The translations under genes were made by a program, and so were the position numbers. The notes beneath the pieces are model-generated. The model was not told the origin of the DNA, made no database searches, and worked only from the letters and a program-made list of their open reading frames with translations. A stretch of DNA of 64,000 nt from IMG/VR virus record IMGVR_UViG_3300028590_000012; one strand, 5' to 3'. The DNA comes from an uncultured virus (IMG/VR IMGVR_UViG_3300028590_000012). Its lineage: Duplodnaviria > Heunggongvirae > Uroviricota > Caudoviricetes. This document shows positions 26,548 to 36,814 of the stretch, one piece after another. Each line of letters starts with the position of its first letter. Positions within the stretch are counted from its first letter, which is position 1.

Positions 26548-27078
26548 TCATGGCTTTGGCTTGGAGCAGGGTTTCCAGTTGATCCGGTCGGGGCTGCATT
26601 CCCAGTTCATCATCTCGCTGTAGGGCTGGCTTCTTCCGTGGCCTGCAAAAACGCAATCCTTGTAAACTGCCGTCACCAGAATATCTCCATCCACATCAGG
26701 TATCCTCAACCAGCACACCGGAGGAATGTCGTAGGCTTCCAGGGGGACCAGTTCTGGCTCGGGGCGGATGCGGTAGTGGTCAACGGGACAGTCCCACTTG
26801 GGGTGCGTAAGGACCCACGGTTTACTTGAAGGCTCACATCTGAACTCAATCACCATCCCAGCCGCATGAGCCGATTTCAGTTCCGCGTATGGGTCAGCTT
26901 TGGGTTTGATGCGCACGTCTATGCCGAGTTCGATTGCCCAAGTAATATCCCTTAATTTAGGTGCCGCACACCAAGGGCCATCCCCTCCGTCAAGCATCCG
27001 CGTCCGGTACTCACACTCGACACCGTTCCACGCTGCATCCAGAACCGCTTTCTGTTCTTCTCTCGTTTGTGTTGTCAT
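26548..27078 (-). CDS. Hypothetical phage protein
   Basis: Repeated xEYR...W...YRIKP modules. Confidence 0.55.
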   Translation of the reverse strand: MTTQTREEQKAVLDAAWNGVECEYRTRMLDGGDGPWCAAPKLRDITWAIELGIDVRIKPKADPYAELKSAHAAGMVIEFRCEPSSKPWVLTHPKWDCPVDHYRIRPEPELVPLEAYDIPPVCWLRIPDVDGDILVTAVYKDCVFAGHGRSQPYSEMMNWECSPDRINWKPCSKPKP

Positions 27079-27082
27079 AGGT

Positions 27083-27517
27083 TTATTGTTGAACAATTCT
27101 GTTCTGGTGTGCCGCCATGAACTGGAGCACTGTAATCCCCAGCCCGGAACAGATCACCTCGATGGTTTTCATACACGGGTTCACGTTGGGGGTTCTCTCA
27201 AGGATAGACAGTCTGCATGGCGGAAGTCCTGAATGACGGGCCAACACAGATTTTGATATACCCGCCCTGCGCCTGAGCATCTCTATAGTCCCGCCATATC
27301 CTGGAATGTTTAAGGGAGGGGTTCTGTTCGTGCTGGACCTTTTCGCGCCCGGACTTGTCTTGAGCATGATCTTATCCGCACACGAATCGCAGTGACTCTT
27401 GGTGGAAAGCGGCAGCACCCCACAGTTCTGGCAAAGGCCAGCCTTTATCAGTCGAAGCTGCCTCTTGCGCGCTGGGGATACTCCCAGATCCGTGAACTCA
27501 TCAATGATTTTTATCAT
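27083..27517 (-). CDS. XRE/Cro-type HTH regulator with N-terminal Cys4 finger
   Basis: CQNC...CDSC; IEMLRRRAGISKSVLARHSGL...NPCMKTIEVICSGLGI. Confidence 0.7.
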   Translation of the reverse strand: MIKIIDEFTDLGVSPARKRQLRLIKAGLCQNCGVLPLSTKSHCDSCADKIMLKTSPGAKRSSTNRTPPLNIPGYGGTIEMLRRRAGISKSVLARHSGLPPCRLSILERTPNVNPCMKTIEVICSGLGITVLQFMAAHQNRIVQQ

Positions 27518-27540
27518 GGTGGATTATTGTTGAACAAGAC

Positions 27541-28038
27541 TCAGAAAGTCTCCCCACACTTGGGGCAAATGTGCTTCAGTTTGGGCTGACGAATCTTGCT
27601 TGCAGGGATGGCCCCTGTCTTGGCCGCCAGGGCCTCGATCTTTGATGCAGTAGGCTTACCTTCCGCCACCACAGCCTGAACAACTTCTAGGCGGCTTTCC
27701 GGCTCAATGCGGGCCACTGCACGAAGCTGCGTCTCCCCCATGCTTTGAATATTCTCAAGCAACACTCCATCCCCCTTCGCCTGATCAGCCAAAAAATCCC
27801 TCACGTTCTCCGCATTGATCAACTGATTTCCCCGACTCAACGACATGTCCCACTTCTGGCGGAGGTATGATTCAAATGTCTCGTAGTCCGCAGCCTTATA
27901 GAGACGCTTCTCGCGAATCTCCCGAAGCTGCCTCCCAATTGTTTCAACCGCTTTCAAGATTTTCTCCTCACAATCGTTCAGTTCATTGCTCAACCACCGC
28001 TTGTCGCGGCGCACTACCCAGTCTGGTGTTTCGTCCAT
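27541..28038 (-). CDS. Phage DNA-binding-type hypothetical protein
   Basis: IGRQLREIREKRLYK...YETFESYLRQKWDMS; C-terminal CPKCG. Confidence 0.6.
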   Translation of the reverse strand: MDETPDWVVRRDKRWLSNELNDCEEKILKAVETIGRQLREIREKRLYKAADYETFESYLRQKWDMSLSRGNQLINAENVRDFLADQAKGDGVLLENIQSMGETQLRAVARIEPESRLEVVQAVVAEGKPTASKIEALAAKTGAIPASKIRQPKLKHICPKCGETF

Positions 28039-28116
28039 AGATACCAAAAGTATCAATAGATACGAATAGTAGCAAGTAGTTTCTCATAGGGTGATACGTT
28101 TCGTAGCAATGCCAAT

Positions 28117-28145
28117 ACCATAGACACGGGACGGAATGCTGTCAA
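28117..28145 (-). promoter_or_regulatory. Sigma70-type promoter
   Basis: TTGACA-N17-TATGGT. Confidence 0.6.
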
Positions 28146-28644
28146 CGAGTAAGGGACAGGATGGAAAGGAAAGATTTTTTGGAGGGGCTGAGATTTAAAG
28201 ATGATGCCACCCCCAACTTCCCACCCAGCGCCCCTACCCGGCCCAGGGGCCTACCCCTCGTTCTTCCTGCCCTCCTACCCTCCCCACAGCGCAGGCCATC
28301 GTGTCCTTTGTGCTGCTGCTTTCCCCTGATCCTGCCAGTGTCTTGCTCCTGTCCGAGCTAGGGGAAACACCCATACCGGAAATCCATTCCCCACCATGGC
28401 GAAAATGTCATGCAACAATCCCGGTCCAACAGAGTAGTGGGGAGCTGTCCCTACGTTGCGTAGATTCTAGACCGTTTACCCGGGGAACGCTGTACGCAGG
28501 TATAACGGGCATAACATCATAGATGCATGGACACGTATAATTCTCACGTAAACCGTTGAAAACCGTCTCAAAACGGCTTTGGTGGGGAATCCACCCTAAA
28601 TCCCGCAGAAGCCCTTTCCTGGGCATCCTAGCGCAATTGCGCCC

Positions 28645-29343
28645 CTACTCCGGCAAATCCTGCTTTTCAGGCTCTACCTCCACGATATCCGCCGAAGGAA
28701 CCTCCTGGCCCAGCATCGCGAAGTTGAATGTCGCGGATACCTGGGCTTCGGATGTGTCCAGGCCTGCGGCCTGACGGTTCAGTTTCACGATCTGAGCCAC
28801 GTCTGACCAGGATTCGACCTTGGGAATGGGCTTTTCCCCGCTCAGAAGCTGGTCCAGGGGCTTTTCGGTGATGGCCCACGCCAGATTCCGGCTCTTTTCG
28901 CCCCTTTCGAGCCAAGTTTCAGCCGTAACACGGGTCTCTAGACGGTTCTGGGACACTATTTGGGACAGCCTTGTGGCCTCCTTTGCGACGTTCTGCGGGA
29001 TGGGCCATTCCTCGCGCTGGCACTTCTTGCGCAGGGCCTCGTAGCTGAGGCCGTACTTGTCTGAGGCTTCCCGTTGGGAGAATCCCAGCTTGCAGACGGC
29101 TTCCCTGGCGAACTTCCACCGGGTTTCTTCGTCAAGGTCTTGTTCCTGGTGGAATTCTATGGAGGGGGATTCTGTGGTGCCAGTCCAGATAGCTTGTTCT
29201 CCTTTGGCGGCTCTTTCGGCGGCTAGCTGGATGAGGATTTCTTCCTGTTCGGAGAGGGGTTCCCGGTCGTATTTGACTCGGAAGGCTCGTTCAAGGCGAG
29301 CTTTTGCCTGGGATACCTTGTCGGGGTTTGTGTCCTCGCTCAT
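28645..29343 (-). CDS. Putative terminase small subunit (HTH)
   Basis: SQREASDKYGLSYEALRKKCQREEW HTH followed by helical region and acidic tail. Confidence 0.5.
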   Translation of the reverse strand: MSEDTNPDKVSQAKARLERAFRVKYDREPLSEQEEILIQLAAERAAKGEQAIWTGTTESPSIEFHQEQDLDEETRWKFAREAVCKLGFSQREASDKYGLSYEALRKKCQREEWPIPQNVAKEATRLSQIVSQNRLETRVTAETWLERGEKSRNLAWAITEKPLDQLLSGEKPIPKVESWSDVAQIVKLNRQAAGLDTSEAQVSATFNFAMLGQEVPSADIVEVEPEKQDLPE

Positions 29344-29400
29344 GGAGTCTGCGATTACACCTGTAGGCTTGTCCTTGCAAGCTCTGTGTGTGGAGGTTGG

Positions 29401-29429
29401 TTGACAGTGTTTGTTCTCCGTCGTATGGT
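29401..29429 (+). promoter_or_regulatory. Early sigma70-type promoter, leaderless
   Basis: TTGACA-N17-TATGGT-N6-ATG(29436). Confidence 0.7.
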
Positions 29430-29435
29430 ATAGGT

Positions 29436-29690
29436 ATGACTGCAACACACTCACATAAGATTGAAACCTTCACCGCAACTGCTCCCTCCTATTGGGCGAG
29501 TTACCTCATCAATGGTGATGCTTCCGGGTTGGAATATCCAGAGATCGCACAAGCAGACGCTTTCTTGGCCCGTCAGGGCGGGTACGTTGTTTCCTGTGAG
29601 GATTACGGCTTCTGCACTCGTCATGATGCGTGGTGGGAATGTCCCTACGCTGTAGACTGTCAGGAATACACTTTCATCGCCCGCCCCTGA
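29436..29690 (+). CDS. Early hypothetical protein
   Basis: PSYWASYLINGDASGLE motif. Confidence 0.6.
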   Translation: MTATHSHKIETFTATAPSYWASYLINGDASGLEYPEIAQADAFLARQGGYVVSCEDYGFCTRHDAWWECPYAVDCQEYTFIARP

Positions 29691-29716
29691 CTCACCCTTT
29701 ACCTTGGATAAAACAC

Positions 29717-29974
29717 ATGAAAACACCCGCGCAACACATTCAACACCTCATCAATCTTTACAAGCTGGAGCCTTCCGACCTTCAAGAGGAGATTACACAG
29801 GCCCAGCTTTCCTTAAATCAGCTTGTTTTGGAGCGTCGAACCAATCTTACAGGGTTCCGGGAGGCTCTCCTTTCGCTGGAACTGGCCCACACTGAGAATC
29901 TCCGTAATGGCTACACTCCTGCCATCATTGGATGGCTCAGGGAGCGCATCAAAGCTCTGGAGGGCAAGGCATGA
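29717..29974 (+). CDS. Early hypothetical protein
   Basis: MKTPAQHIQHL... Confidence 0.5.
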   Translation: MKTPAQHIQHLINLYKLEPSDLQEEITQAQLSLNQLVLERRTNLTGFREALLSLELAHTENLRNGYTPAIIGWLRERIKALEGKA

Positions 29975-30788
29975 CTCCCTTTGAGAAGTTCCAAGAGCGG
30001 CTTTACTACGCACATCTTACGGCGGTTATGGGCTTTTTCCTCTCGGTTGCGCTTGCTGGAGTTATCCTCCTGATTCTTTTCCTCTGCGGGGTTTCCCTAT
30101 GAAACTTAAACCTTTTGGCGCTGGATGCAGTTCTGAGGATTACGGTTTTGACCTCCCCACCATTGTTTCGCACCTGGAGAACATGGTCAACACTGAGGAA
30201 GCGTCAGGGAATGGACCTCGGGCAAGGCGTTTAGCAAAAGTAGAGGATGCCGTGCAGCTTCTCAATGCGGCTCTCGAAATGGGAGGGGAACTATGAACAA
30301 GGGCCATCTATCGCCACAGTGGACTGCATGGTGCGGAACATGCGTTCGATGGGATATGGAATCAGGGAGCAAAAAGTACTGTGTTGGTGAATTCAGGCGC
30401 AAGGGCTGGAGGCGTACACACGATTCTGGATGGGTTTGCCCTGACTGCCAATCTACGCAACAAACCCACGCCACACCAGTCTTGTTCAACAATACTCACC
30501 TCAACATTCCCAGCCATGACACCTAGCCCGCAATTGCTCAGAAATCCCCTTCCTGGGCGTTTTGCTGGCGCTTCCTTGTAACTTCCCTATGAATGACGAA
30601 ATGCTCAATAAATGGTCTAGCCTGCATGCAGAACGCTCCTCGATAGAGGACTTCTGGGCATGGCTGGAAGAAACGCAGGGCAATGTCCCTTTGTACGATC
30701 TCCACCTTTCCAAGCTTCTGGACGAGTACCACGGCATTGATCGTGCACAGCTTGAATCTGAGCGCAGGCTGTTGCTTGCGTCTCTTGG

Positions 30789-30817
30789 TTGACGCGCCAC
30801 AATCTCAATCGTATTGT
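30789..30817 (+). promoter_or_regulatory. Early promoter
   Basis: TTGACG-N17-TATTGT. Confidence 0.6.
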
Positions 30818-30875
30818 AAACCATCGCCGGGAATACCTCCCGAAGATTCTTTGACCGACTACCTGCTCACTCACA

Positions 30876-31130
30876 ATGAAACATAAAACACCATTACAAG
30901 CACTTCGCCACCATGTCTCTGGAGCTATCGCACGCGGAGAAGGCGAAGCCATCGTAGGAATTACCGCCAGCGACTTGCCCTCACGCCTAGAATACCTTCG
31001 TGGCGAATTACGGGCAGAGCGTATCAGTTATGGCGAGATTGCCGAATTGCAGTCTCTTGTCCCGTTCATCTCTCCCGATGATTTAGAGCTTCTGGAAGCT
31101 GCTGGCGTGCCTGAATTTCCTACCGTCTAA
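30876..31130 (+). CDS. Early hypothetical protein
   Basis: RLEYLRGELRAERISYGEIAELQSL...LLEAAGVPE. Confidence 0.6.
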   Translation: MKHKTPLQALRHHVSGAIARGEGEAIVGITASDLPSRLEYLRGELRAERISYGEIAELQSLVPFISPDDLELLEAAGVPEFPTV

Positions 31131-31520
31131 TTTCTCAGTGAGTGGGAAGCCCCTTCCAAGGAAGCTTGGGAGGGGTCCTCGCTCGCTTGTTCAACCATAC
31201 TCGATACCATGAACACTCAAGATACCTGTTTGCCGTTCCTGCTCTCGCTGGCCGGAACTCTTTCCCTCATCTCCATAGCTGTGCAGTTCACGGAAGTCTG
31301 TGCCGCGATTCACAAGGCGCTGCTTTTCCTGGTCGGTCCCGTTTAGGGCCATTCCTCTGCCAGAAACACACCTAGAAAGCGTTTTTATGCTCAAGACCTA
31401 CATTTGCCGGTTGCCCTACCCTTCCTCCGTTTCTGAGCGGATTGTTGCCCGGTCCATCTACGAGGCTGCGGCTATCTTCCAGGACAAGCGCGGGGTACAG
31501 CCCTTCCTTGTGAGGGCTGG

Positions 31521-31549
31521 TTGACAGCATTCACTCTCGGTCGTATTGT
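31521..31549 (+). promoter_or_regulatory. Early promoter
   Basis: TTGACA-N17-TATTGT. Confidence 0.65.
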
Positions 31550-31602
31550 ATATCATCGGTTGGGAATGACTCCTGACCGCCTCACTCAAAACTCACTCAC
31601 TC

Positions 31603-33192
31603 ATGAAAAACTCTGATTTATTCAACGAATCCAATCAGGCCACGTATTGCCCTGAAGACAACAAATTGCGCCTGTACGTCGGGCGCGTTCCTCGGGAAGA
31701 ATACCTTGCGCTAAAGTCCGAGGGCTGGACATCCACACCGAAACAATCCTGTGATTTCGTCGCCGTCTGGACACCTGACCGGGAGGACACGGCTATTTCC
31801 TACGCGGGAATCATTGGAGACGAAGATCAAGACCCTGGAGAACGTGCGGCAGAACGTGCGGAGCGCTTTGCCGGATACCTTGGAAAGCGTCTTTCGGAAG
31901 CCAGTACACACGCCGATTCCTTTGAGTCTGGCCCTTCTGTCCATGGCTACCAGTCCCAAGAACGCGCAGAACGTGCTGCTGCTCGGCACGACCGACTTGC
32001 GGACAAGGCTGTAAACCAGTGGGAGAAAGCGGAATACTGGCAGCGCCGCACGGAAGGCGTTATTTCCCATGCTCTTTATAAGGATCTTCCGGGGGTTCGT
32101 ATGGGACGCATCAAGACCATCGAAGCCGACATGCGCAAGAATGTTGCAGACCGCCAGAAATGGCACTCCGAGCAGGTTATGAACCATTCCGTCATGCTGG
32201 CCATCGTTAAACACTCCGAAGGCAAGCAGGAGAAGATCGTCGCGGCCCCCGGCTATCAGTATTGCATCCACTACATCCGCGAAGCTGATGGACTTGAAGA
32301 GGGCACACCAATGTCCTTCGAGCAAATCTGCCGTGTCATGATTTCCACCGTTCTTTCCAGCTCCTATTCGGAACCTTGGGCCACGCTCTGTATGCAGGCA
32401 GAAAAGGGTGAAATTCCCGCCGCTGATGTTGCGCGTAAATGGCTGGACCGCCACGGCTGGGAGGCTCCTGGTGAATTCAAGGAAGACGATAGCCGCTGGT
32501 ACCGTCACTTTCAGCTTCGCCTGTCCTACGAGCGCCAAATGCTGGAAGCGCAAGGCGGCACACTAGAAAGCCAAGTTGCCGACATTATCCCCGGAGGGTG
32601 GATTCGTGGCGGTCGCCGCTTGAGTAATGAAGAGCGCCAGATTCAGAAAGTGAACAAATCCCCCAAGACTGGCCGCGTTGTCTCGGTGATCGTGGCCGAC
32701 AATCGTCCATCTTCTGTCAACCATTACGGAAACCCCTTCCCGGACGGGGTCACGAAAACCCTCTGGCATGACGTGGACGTGGAACGCCTGGACCCAAGCG
32801 CTTATCGCCCCCCGACAGACGAAGAACTTGCGGCCTTCCTTGGAAAGAAAGCTGCCAAAAAAGCCGCTGCTCCAAAGATTCAGTTCATCAATCCAACCAA
32901 GGAAGACGCGCAACGCCTGCAATCCTTCCTGAACAACGAGGCTCGGATTACGGATGCTGGCAAGAATTACCCGCGCCAAGCTTCGGAAGTCTCGGAGATG
33001 ACGCAATCCCGATTCTCTGATGGTTGCGCAGACTACCGCACAACAACCGTTCTCCATGGAGTGAAGTTTCGCGCCTACCTTATCGGATGGCGTGGAGTTA
33101 ACTCCGTGGTTGTCCTTACCGACAAACCGCAGAAGCCTTTCCCGGCCTCATTCTGGGAAAAACTCGAAGTCAAGCGGGAGGTTGCGGCGTGA
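31603..33192 (+). CDS. DUF3560-like protein
   Basis: ATYCPEDNKLRLY...VAVWTPDRED...ERAAERAERF...KAEYWQRR. Confidence 0.65.
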   Translation: MKNSDLFNESNQATYCPEDNKLRLYVGRVPREEYLALKSEGWTSTPKQSCDFVAVWTPDREDTAISYAGIIGDEDQDPGERAAERAERFAGYLGKRLSEASTHADSFESGPSVHGYQSQERAERAAARHDRLADKAVNQWEKAEYWQRRTEGVISHALYKDLPGVRMGRIKTIEADMRKNVADRQKWHSEQVMNHSVMLAIVKHSEGKQEKIVAAPGYQYCIHYIREADGLEEGTPMSFEQICRVMISTVLSSSYSEPWATLCMQAEKGEIPAADVARKWLDRHGWEAPGEFKEDDSRWYRHFQLRLSYERQMLEAQGGTLESQVADIIPGGWIRGGRRLSNEERQIQKVNKSPKTGRVVSVIVADNRPSSVNHYGNPFPDGVTKTLWHDVDVERLDPSAYRPPTDEELAAFLGKKAAKKAAAPKIQFINPTKEDAQRLQSFLNNEARITDAGKNYPRQASEVSEMTQSRFSDGCADYRTTTVLHGVKFRAYLIGWRGVNSVVVLTDKPQKPFPASFWEKLEVKREVAA

Positions 33193-33830
33193 AATCCTCC
33201 AGTCTCCATCGCCTTCTGGGCTTAAAGGGGGATCTCTCGCAATTCACCGCCGACATGAACACACAGCGGGAGCGTTTCGGCGATCTCGCTGGCAGGCACG
33301 AGAACGGCACCACCCCTAAAGCTGTTTCCGTGTTCAACCTCTTCCAGACACCGAAAGACATCGCGCAGCGCATGGCTGGCATTGTTCAACAGCACTGCGG
33401 AATGTCTTCCCGCATTCTGGAGCCGTCCGCAGGGCTTGGCCGCATTTATTCCGCAGTCATTGACACCCTTCCTGGTTCTCGGGTGTCTCTGGTGGAGCAA
33501 TCCGCCGAATGCGCTGGAGAACTTTACCGGATCGCCCGCGACGGAGATAGGCTTTTCCAGCGGGATTTTCTGGAAGTTTCCCCGGAAGAAATCGGGTTTT
33601 TCGACGCCATTTGCATGAATCCGCCTTTCAAACAGGGGCTCGACATAAAGCACATCATGCACGCAAAAACCTTTCTTGCGCCCGGGGGTGTGCTTGTGTC
33701 CCTTTGCTACAACGGAGCGCGGCAAAATGCTTTCCTGAAGCCTTTAGCAACCTCTTGGGACGTTCTCCCTGACAATTCCTTCCGGGCAGAAGGAACAACC
33801 GCAAGCGTCTGTCTTCTCATAATCCAATAA
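33189..33830 (+). CDS. DNA methyltransferase (N6-adenine type)
   Basis: LFQTP...ILEPSAGLG...FDAICMNPPF; GTGA overlap with the upstream ORF. Confidence 0.85.
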   Translation: MKSSSLHRLLGLKGDLSQFTADMNTQRERFGDLAGRHENGTTPKAVSVFNLFQTPKDIAQRMAGIVQQHCGMSSRILEPSAGLGRIYSAVIDTLPGSRVSLVEQSAECAGELYRIARDGDRLFQRDFLEVSPEEIGFFDAICMNPPFKQGLDIKHIMHAKTFLAPGGVLVSLCYNGARQNAFLKPLATSWDVLPDNSFRAEGTTASVCLLIIQ

Positions 33831-34034
33831 CCCACCCTGACTTGTTGAACAATACTCACGATGAGCGCATATAAATCCTGCGGGACATCCCGAGAAGCAA
33901 ACGACTGGATCCGATTTGTGGATGTTTTAACTGCCAGGCTCAACGAGCACTGCGCCGCGCCCAATCACTCACCTCTCAACAAAAACCCTGTAGCGGTTAT
34001 TTTGACGCAAATGCGGGGGTAATCTGAACGAACG

Positions 34035-34691
34035 ATGGACGCACTATCGAAAGACATACAAAAAGCTCTGTCCTACGACCCTCTTTCGGAAGCGGAGCAA
34101 ATCACCGGGGAATCCTACAGGGACAGTGACGTTACGACTGGGCTCGGTTTCCTCCTCATGCACAAGAACAGGGAACACAAAGACGCCTTACTTCACCTGA
34201 CCAACGACACGAACTCCTATAACCAGACGCCAGACGAATGGGTTTCTGTTGTCGAATCACTCGGGTTCGAACTGGTTTTGGAAGATCCCATGAAAAGCGG
34301 GGACACCTTTCGCGTCTGGTGGAATCCCTCCATCTCTGCGCTCTTGGTAGCAGATACCTACTGGAAAGGTGAAACCATCAACAGCGCCAAGTGCTATTTC
34401 GTGGTGGAATATGACGATCGCCTTAATTGGAATACATTCGATGGATGCTCTCATGGTCCCATTGGAGATGGCAATATTCGGCATGTTTCCTACGACTCAC
34501 GCGAGGGACTTCGGCATGTCCTAAGCCGTTTCCAGGCTGGCGCAAGATTCATTCTCCAGTGGCCTGAAACTCCATTTCTGTGGCTTTTGAGTCATGAGGA
34601 CACAAAGGCGGAAGGATACAGCTATGACGCGATTACCGCCGAACGCATCTCCCTGCTTCCCGATCATGTTAGAAAGGCCATTTCCCAATGA
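34035..34691 (+). CDS. Hypothetical protein
   Basis: 218-aa ORF (YDPLSEAEQITGESY). Confidence 0.6.
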   Translation: MDALSKDIQKALSYDPLSEAEQITGESYRDSDVTTGLGFLLMHKNREHKDALLHLTNDTNSYNQTPDEWVSVVESLGFELVLEDPMKSGDTFRVWWNPSISALLVADTYWKGETINSAKCYFVVEYDDRLNWNTFDGCSHGPIGDGNIRHVSYDSREGLRHVLSRFQAGARFILQWPETPFLWLLSHEDTKAEGYSYDAITAERISLLPDHVRKAISQ

Positions 34692-34830
34692 AACCCCGTT
34701 GGATGATTCATGCATTCTTCGCCTCTGGCTGGATGCGCGCCCGATACACTGCTACGGGTGCGCGACTTCTGAAAGCCGATCAACGGTATAACCTTGCTGA
34801 TGCCAAGTTCCGGACATCGGTGTTTGAATT

Positions 34831-35244
34831 ATGACCACTAGAAAAATACACGCTACAATCACCATTTCCCGCCCAAGCTACCACGACGGCAGGAAAGCAA
34901 TTAGAATCACAATCAATGATCAAGCATCCCGGATTGAGTTCCTTGATGCTGAAATCTCAATGGAAGACTTTGCTGAATGCCTTACCGGACACGGTCACCA
35001 ACCCATTGAGATCGAACTTCGCGGGATGGATGTTGTTGGAAAAACCCGCGTTCGCGAGACTAGGACTATTGAGTACACGGGCTCAAATTCTTGGGAGCGG
35101 GAAGTTTTGGAGCAATGGTTGCAAGATAACGCACAAGAGGAGGGATGGATTATTGATCACTACCTTGGATCGCAATCCAGCATCGACCATATGGATGGGA
35201 AAACCTTCCTCAACTATTCCGTACACAAATACGTCGAGCTATGA
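34831..35244 (+). CDS. Hypothetical protein
   Basis: 137-aa ORF. Confidence 0.55.
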   Translation: MTTRKIHATITISRPSYHDGRKAIRITINDQASRIEFLDAEISMEDFAECLTGHGHQPIEIELRGMDVVGKTRVRETRTIEYTGSNSWEREVLEQWLQDNAQEEGWIIDHYLGSQSSIDHMDGKTFLNYSVHKYVEL

Positions 35245-35524
35245 TCCGAAAACTTCTCCACCGATGGCTATCTTCCCGCCTCAACGCCAAAGCCCGGAAC
35301 ATCCGGACGGAAGCCTTCCGGGAACACAGGATCGCTTGCAACCAGGCAGAACGCCTGGAACGCAAGGCCCTCAAGCACTCCCGCATGGCTGGGCCTCGCC
35401 TGCTGTCCGGTACGCGGCGCATGACCGCACCATGGCCTAGCAAGTCCCGGCTGTGCGTTCCTCGGGTCCGAGAGATTCTTGACAGGATCTCACTTGTTCG
35501 ACAATAAAAGGTTCTTCATAACGC

Positions 35525-35562
35525 AGAAAGCCCTCCAGAGATTTCTCCTTGGAGGGCTTTCT
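35525..35562. terminator. Bidirectional terminator between convergent gene blocks
   Basis: AGAAAGCCCTCCA...TGGAGGGCTTTCT inverted repeat. Confidence 0.75.
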
Positions 35563-35722
35563 TGCGTGCGGATGGATTTTATACACGAACCGCTGTTTGC
35601 TTATTCACTGTTCAGACCAATCCTCCCAAACATCAGCAAAAACCTGTCCTGGCGGGGCAGTTCCTCAACCTCGCGCCAGTTCTCAGCGCGTTCTTCTTCT
35701 GTGGGCGCTTCCGGGTCGGCGG

Positions 35723-36790
35723 TCATGCGGCTTCCTGTTGGGGTTCTTGATCGGCAATACCGAGAGCATTCCTCGCCTGTTGGGCGATACTTGTCAGATC
35801 ATCAGCCCGCATATCCTCACGCAGTACCTTCAGCCCCTCTTCCGCTGCAATGAGGATTTCCCGGAAGGTTTCCTCAAGGAACATTATTCGACGATCCTGG
35901 GCGGAAAGCTGTTCCCGCAGGCTTGGCCTTCCTTCTACTGGATCATCCTTCCCTTTGCGCATCCTGGCGTGGCTGCGGGCCTCAGAAGCGTTCCAGCCGT
36001 CATTGATGGCAGATTGCAAAAGTTCATCAATCACCTCTTGGTTCTTCTTCTCGTCGTCGTCATACCGGCCAGCGGCAATCTCGACACAGGTTGTCAGAGG
36101 AAGGCTTTTTCGGGCCTCACTGTTGCAGGGAACACGGCGGGCAACGCGGCAGTAATTGTATGCGGTGGACTTGGCCAGCTTGAAGTCTGCCGCAAGCTGA
36201 GTGAGGGAATCCACGAACCCCAATGCTTCCAGGTGGGCAGCGGCATCCGCCATAACCCATCCTGCGCTGTAGGTCCAATCTGCGGCGAATCCCCAAACCT
36301 TCCCCCAGTCTGCCGGGGTAACGATTGCCCCATCCTTCACCTTCACGTACGCAAGATTGTCTCCAAAATCAAACAGGTCGCGCAGTTCTGTGTAGCTCGC
36401 CTTGCTGGCGGATTTCGCCGCGTTGACGATCTGGAGTTCCATTGGTGCAGGGGCTTCCAGGATAACCGGGACGCACTCCGGGGCCGGTTCTTCCGTTAGA
36501 GGGCCTTCTGCGGGTGTTTCTGGCGCAGTGTGGGCCGCTTCCCATTGCTTGGATTGCTCCAGAAGTTGGCATATGGACTCGATGATCTCGTAATCCTCCT
36601 TCGGGGAGTCCTCGGGCAGGTCATCCCCGCTGCGGCATACGTCCACCATCTTTTGGATGTTCCCGGGGAGGTAAATAAACCCCTCCTCGGAGTACTTCTT
36701 GGTGAACTCTTCGGCCATCCTGATGCACCACTCACGCCGAGAGATGCACTCGGTCGGGCTAATGAAGACTGGTTCGGTGATTCTGTTCAT
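35723..36790 (-). CDS. Hypothetical protein, probably DNA-binding
   Basis: 355 aa; QLAADFKLAKSTAYNY is HTH-like. Confidence 0.55.
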   Translation of the reverse strand: MNRITEPVFISPTECISRREWCIRMAEEFTKKYSEEGFIYLPGNIQKMVDVCRSGDDLPEDSPKEDYEIIESICQLLEQSKQWEAAHTAPETPAEGPLTEEPAPECVPVILEAPAPMELQIVNAAKSASKASYTELRDLFDFGDNLAYVKVKDGAIVTPADWGKVWGFAADWTYSAGWVMADAAAHLEALGFVDSLTQLAADFKLAKSTAYNYCRVARRVPCNSEARKSLPLTTCVEIAAGRYDDDEKKNQEVIDELLQSAINDGWNASEARSHARMRKGKDDPVEGRPSLREQLSAQDRRIMFLEETFREILIAAEEGLKVLREDMRADDLTSIAQQARNALGIADQEPQQEAA

Positions 36791-36814
36791 GTCATGCAGT
36801 ATGGTTGAACAAGC

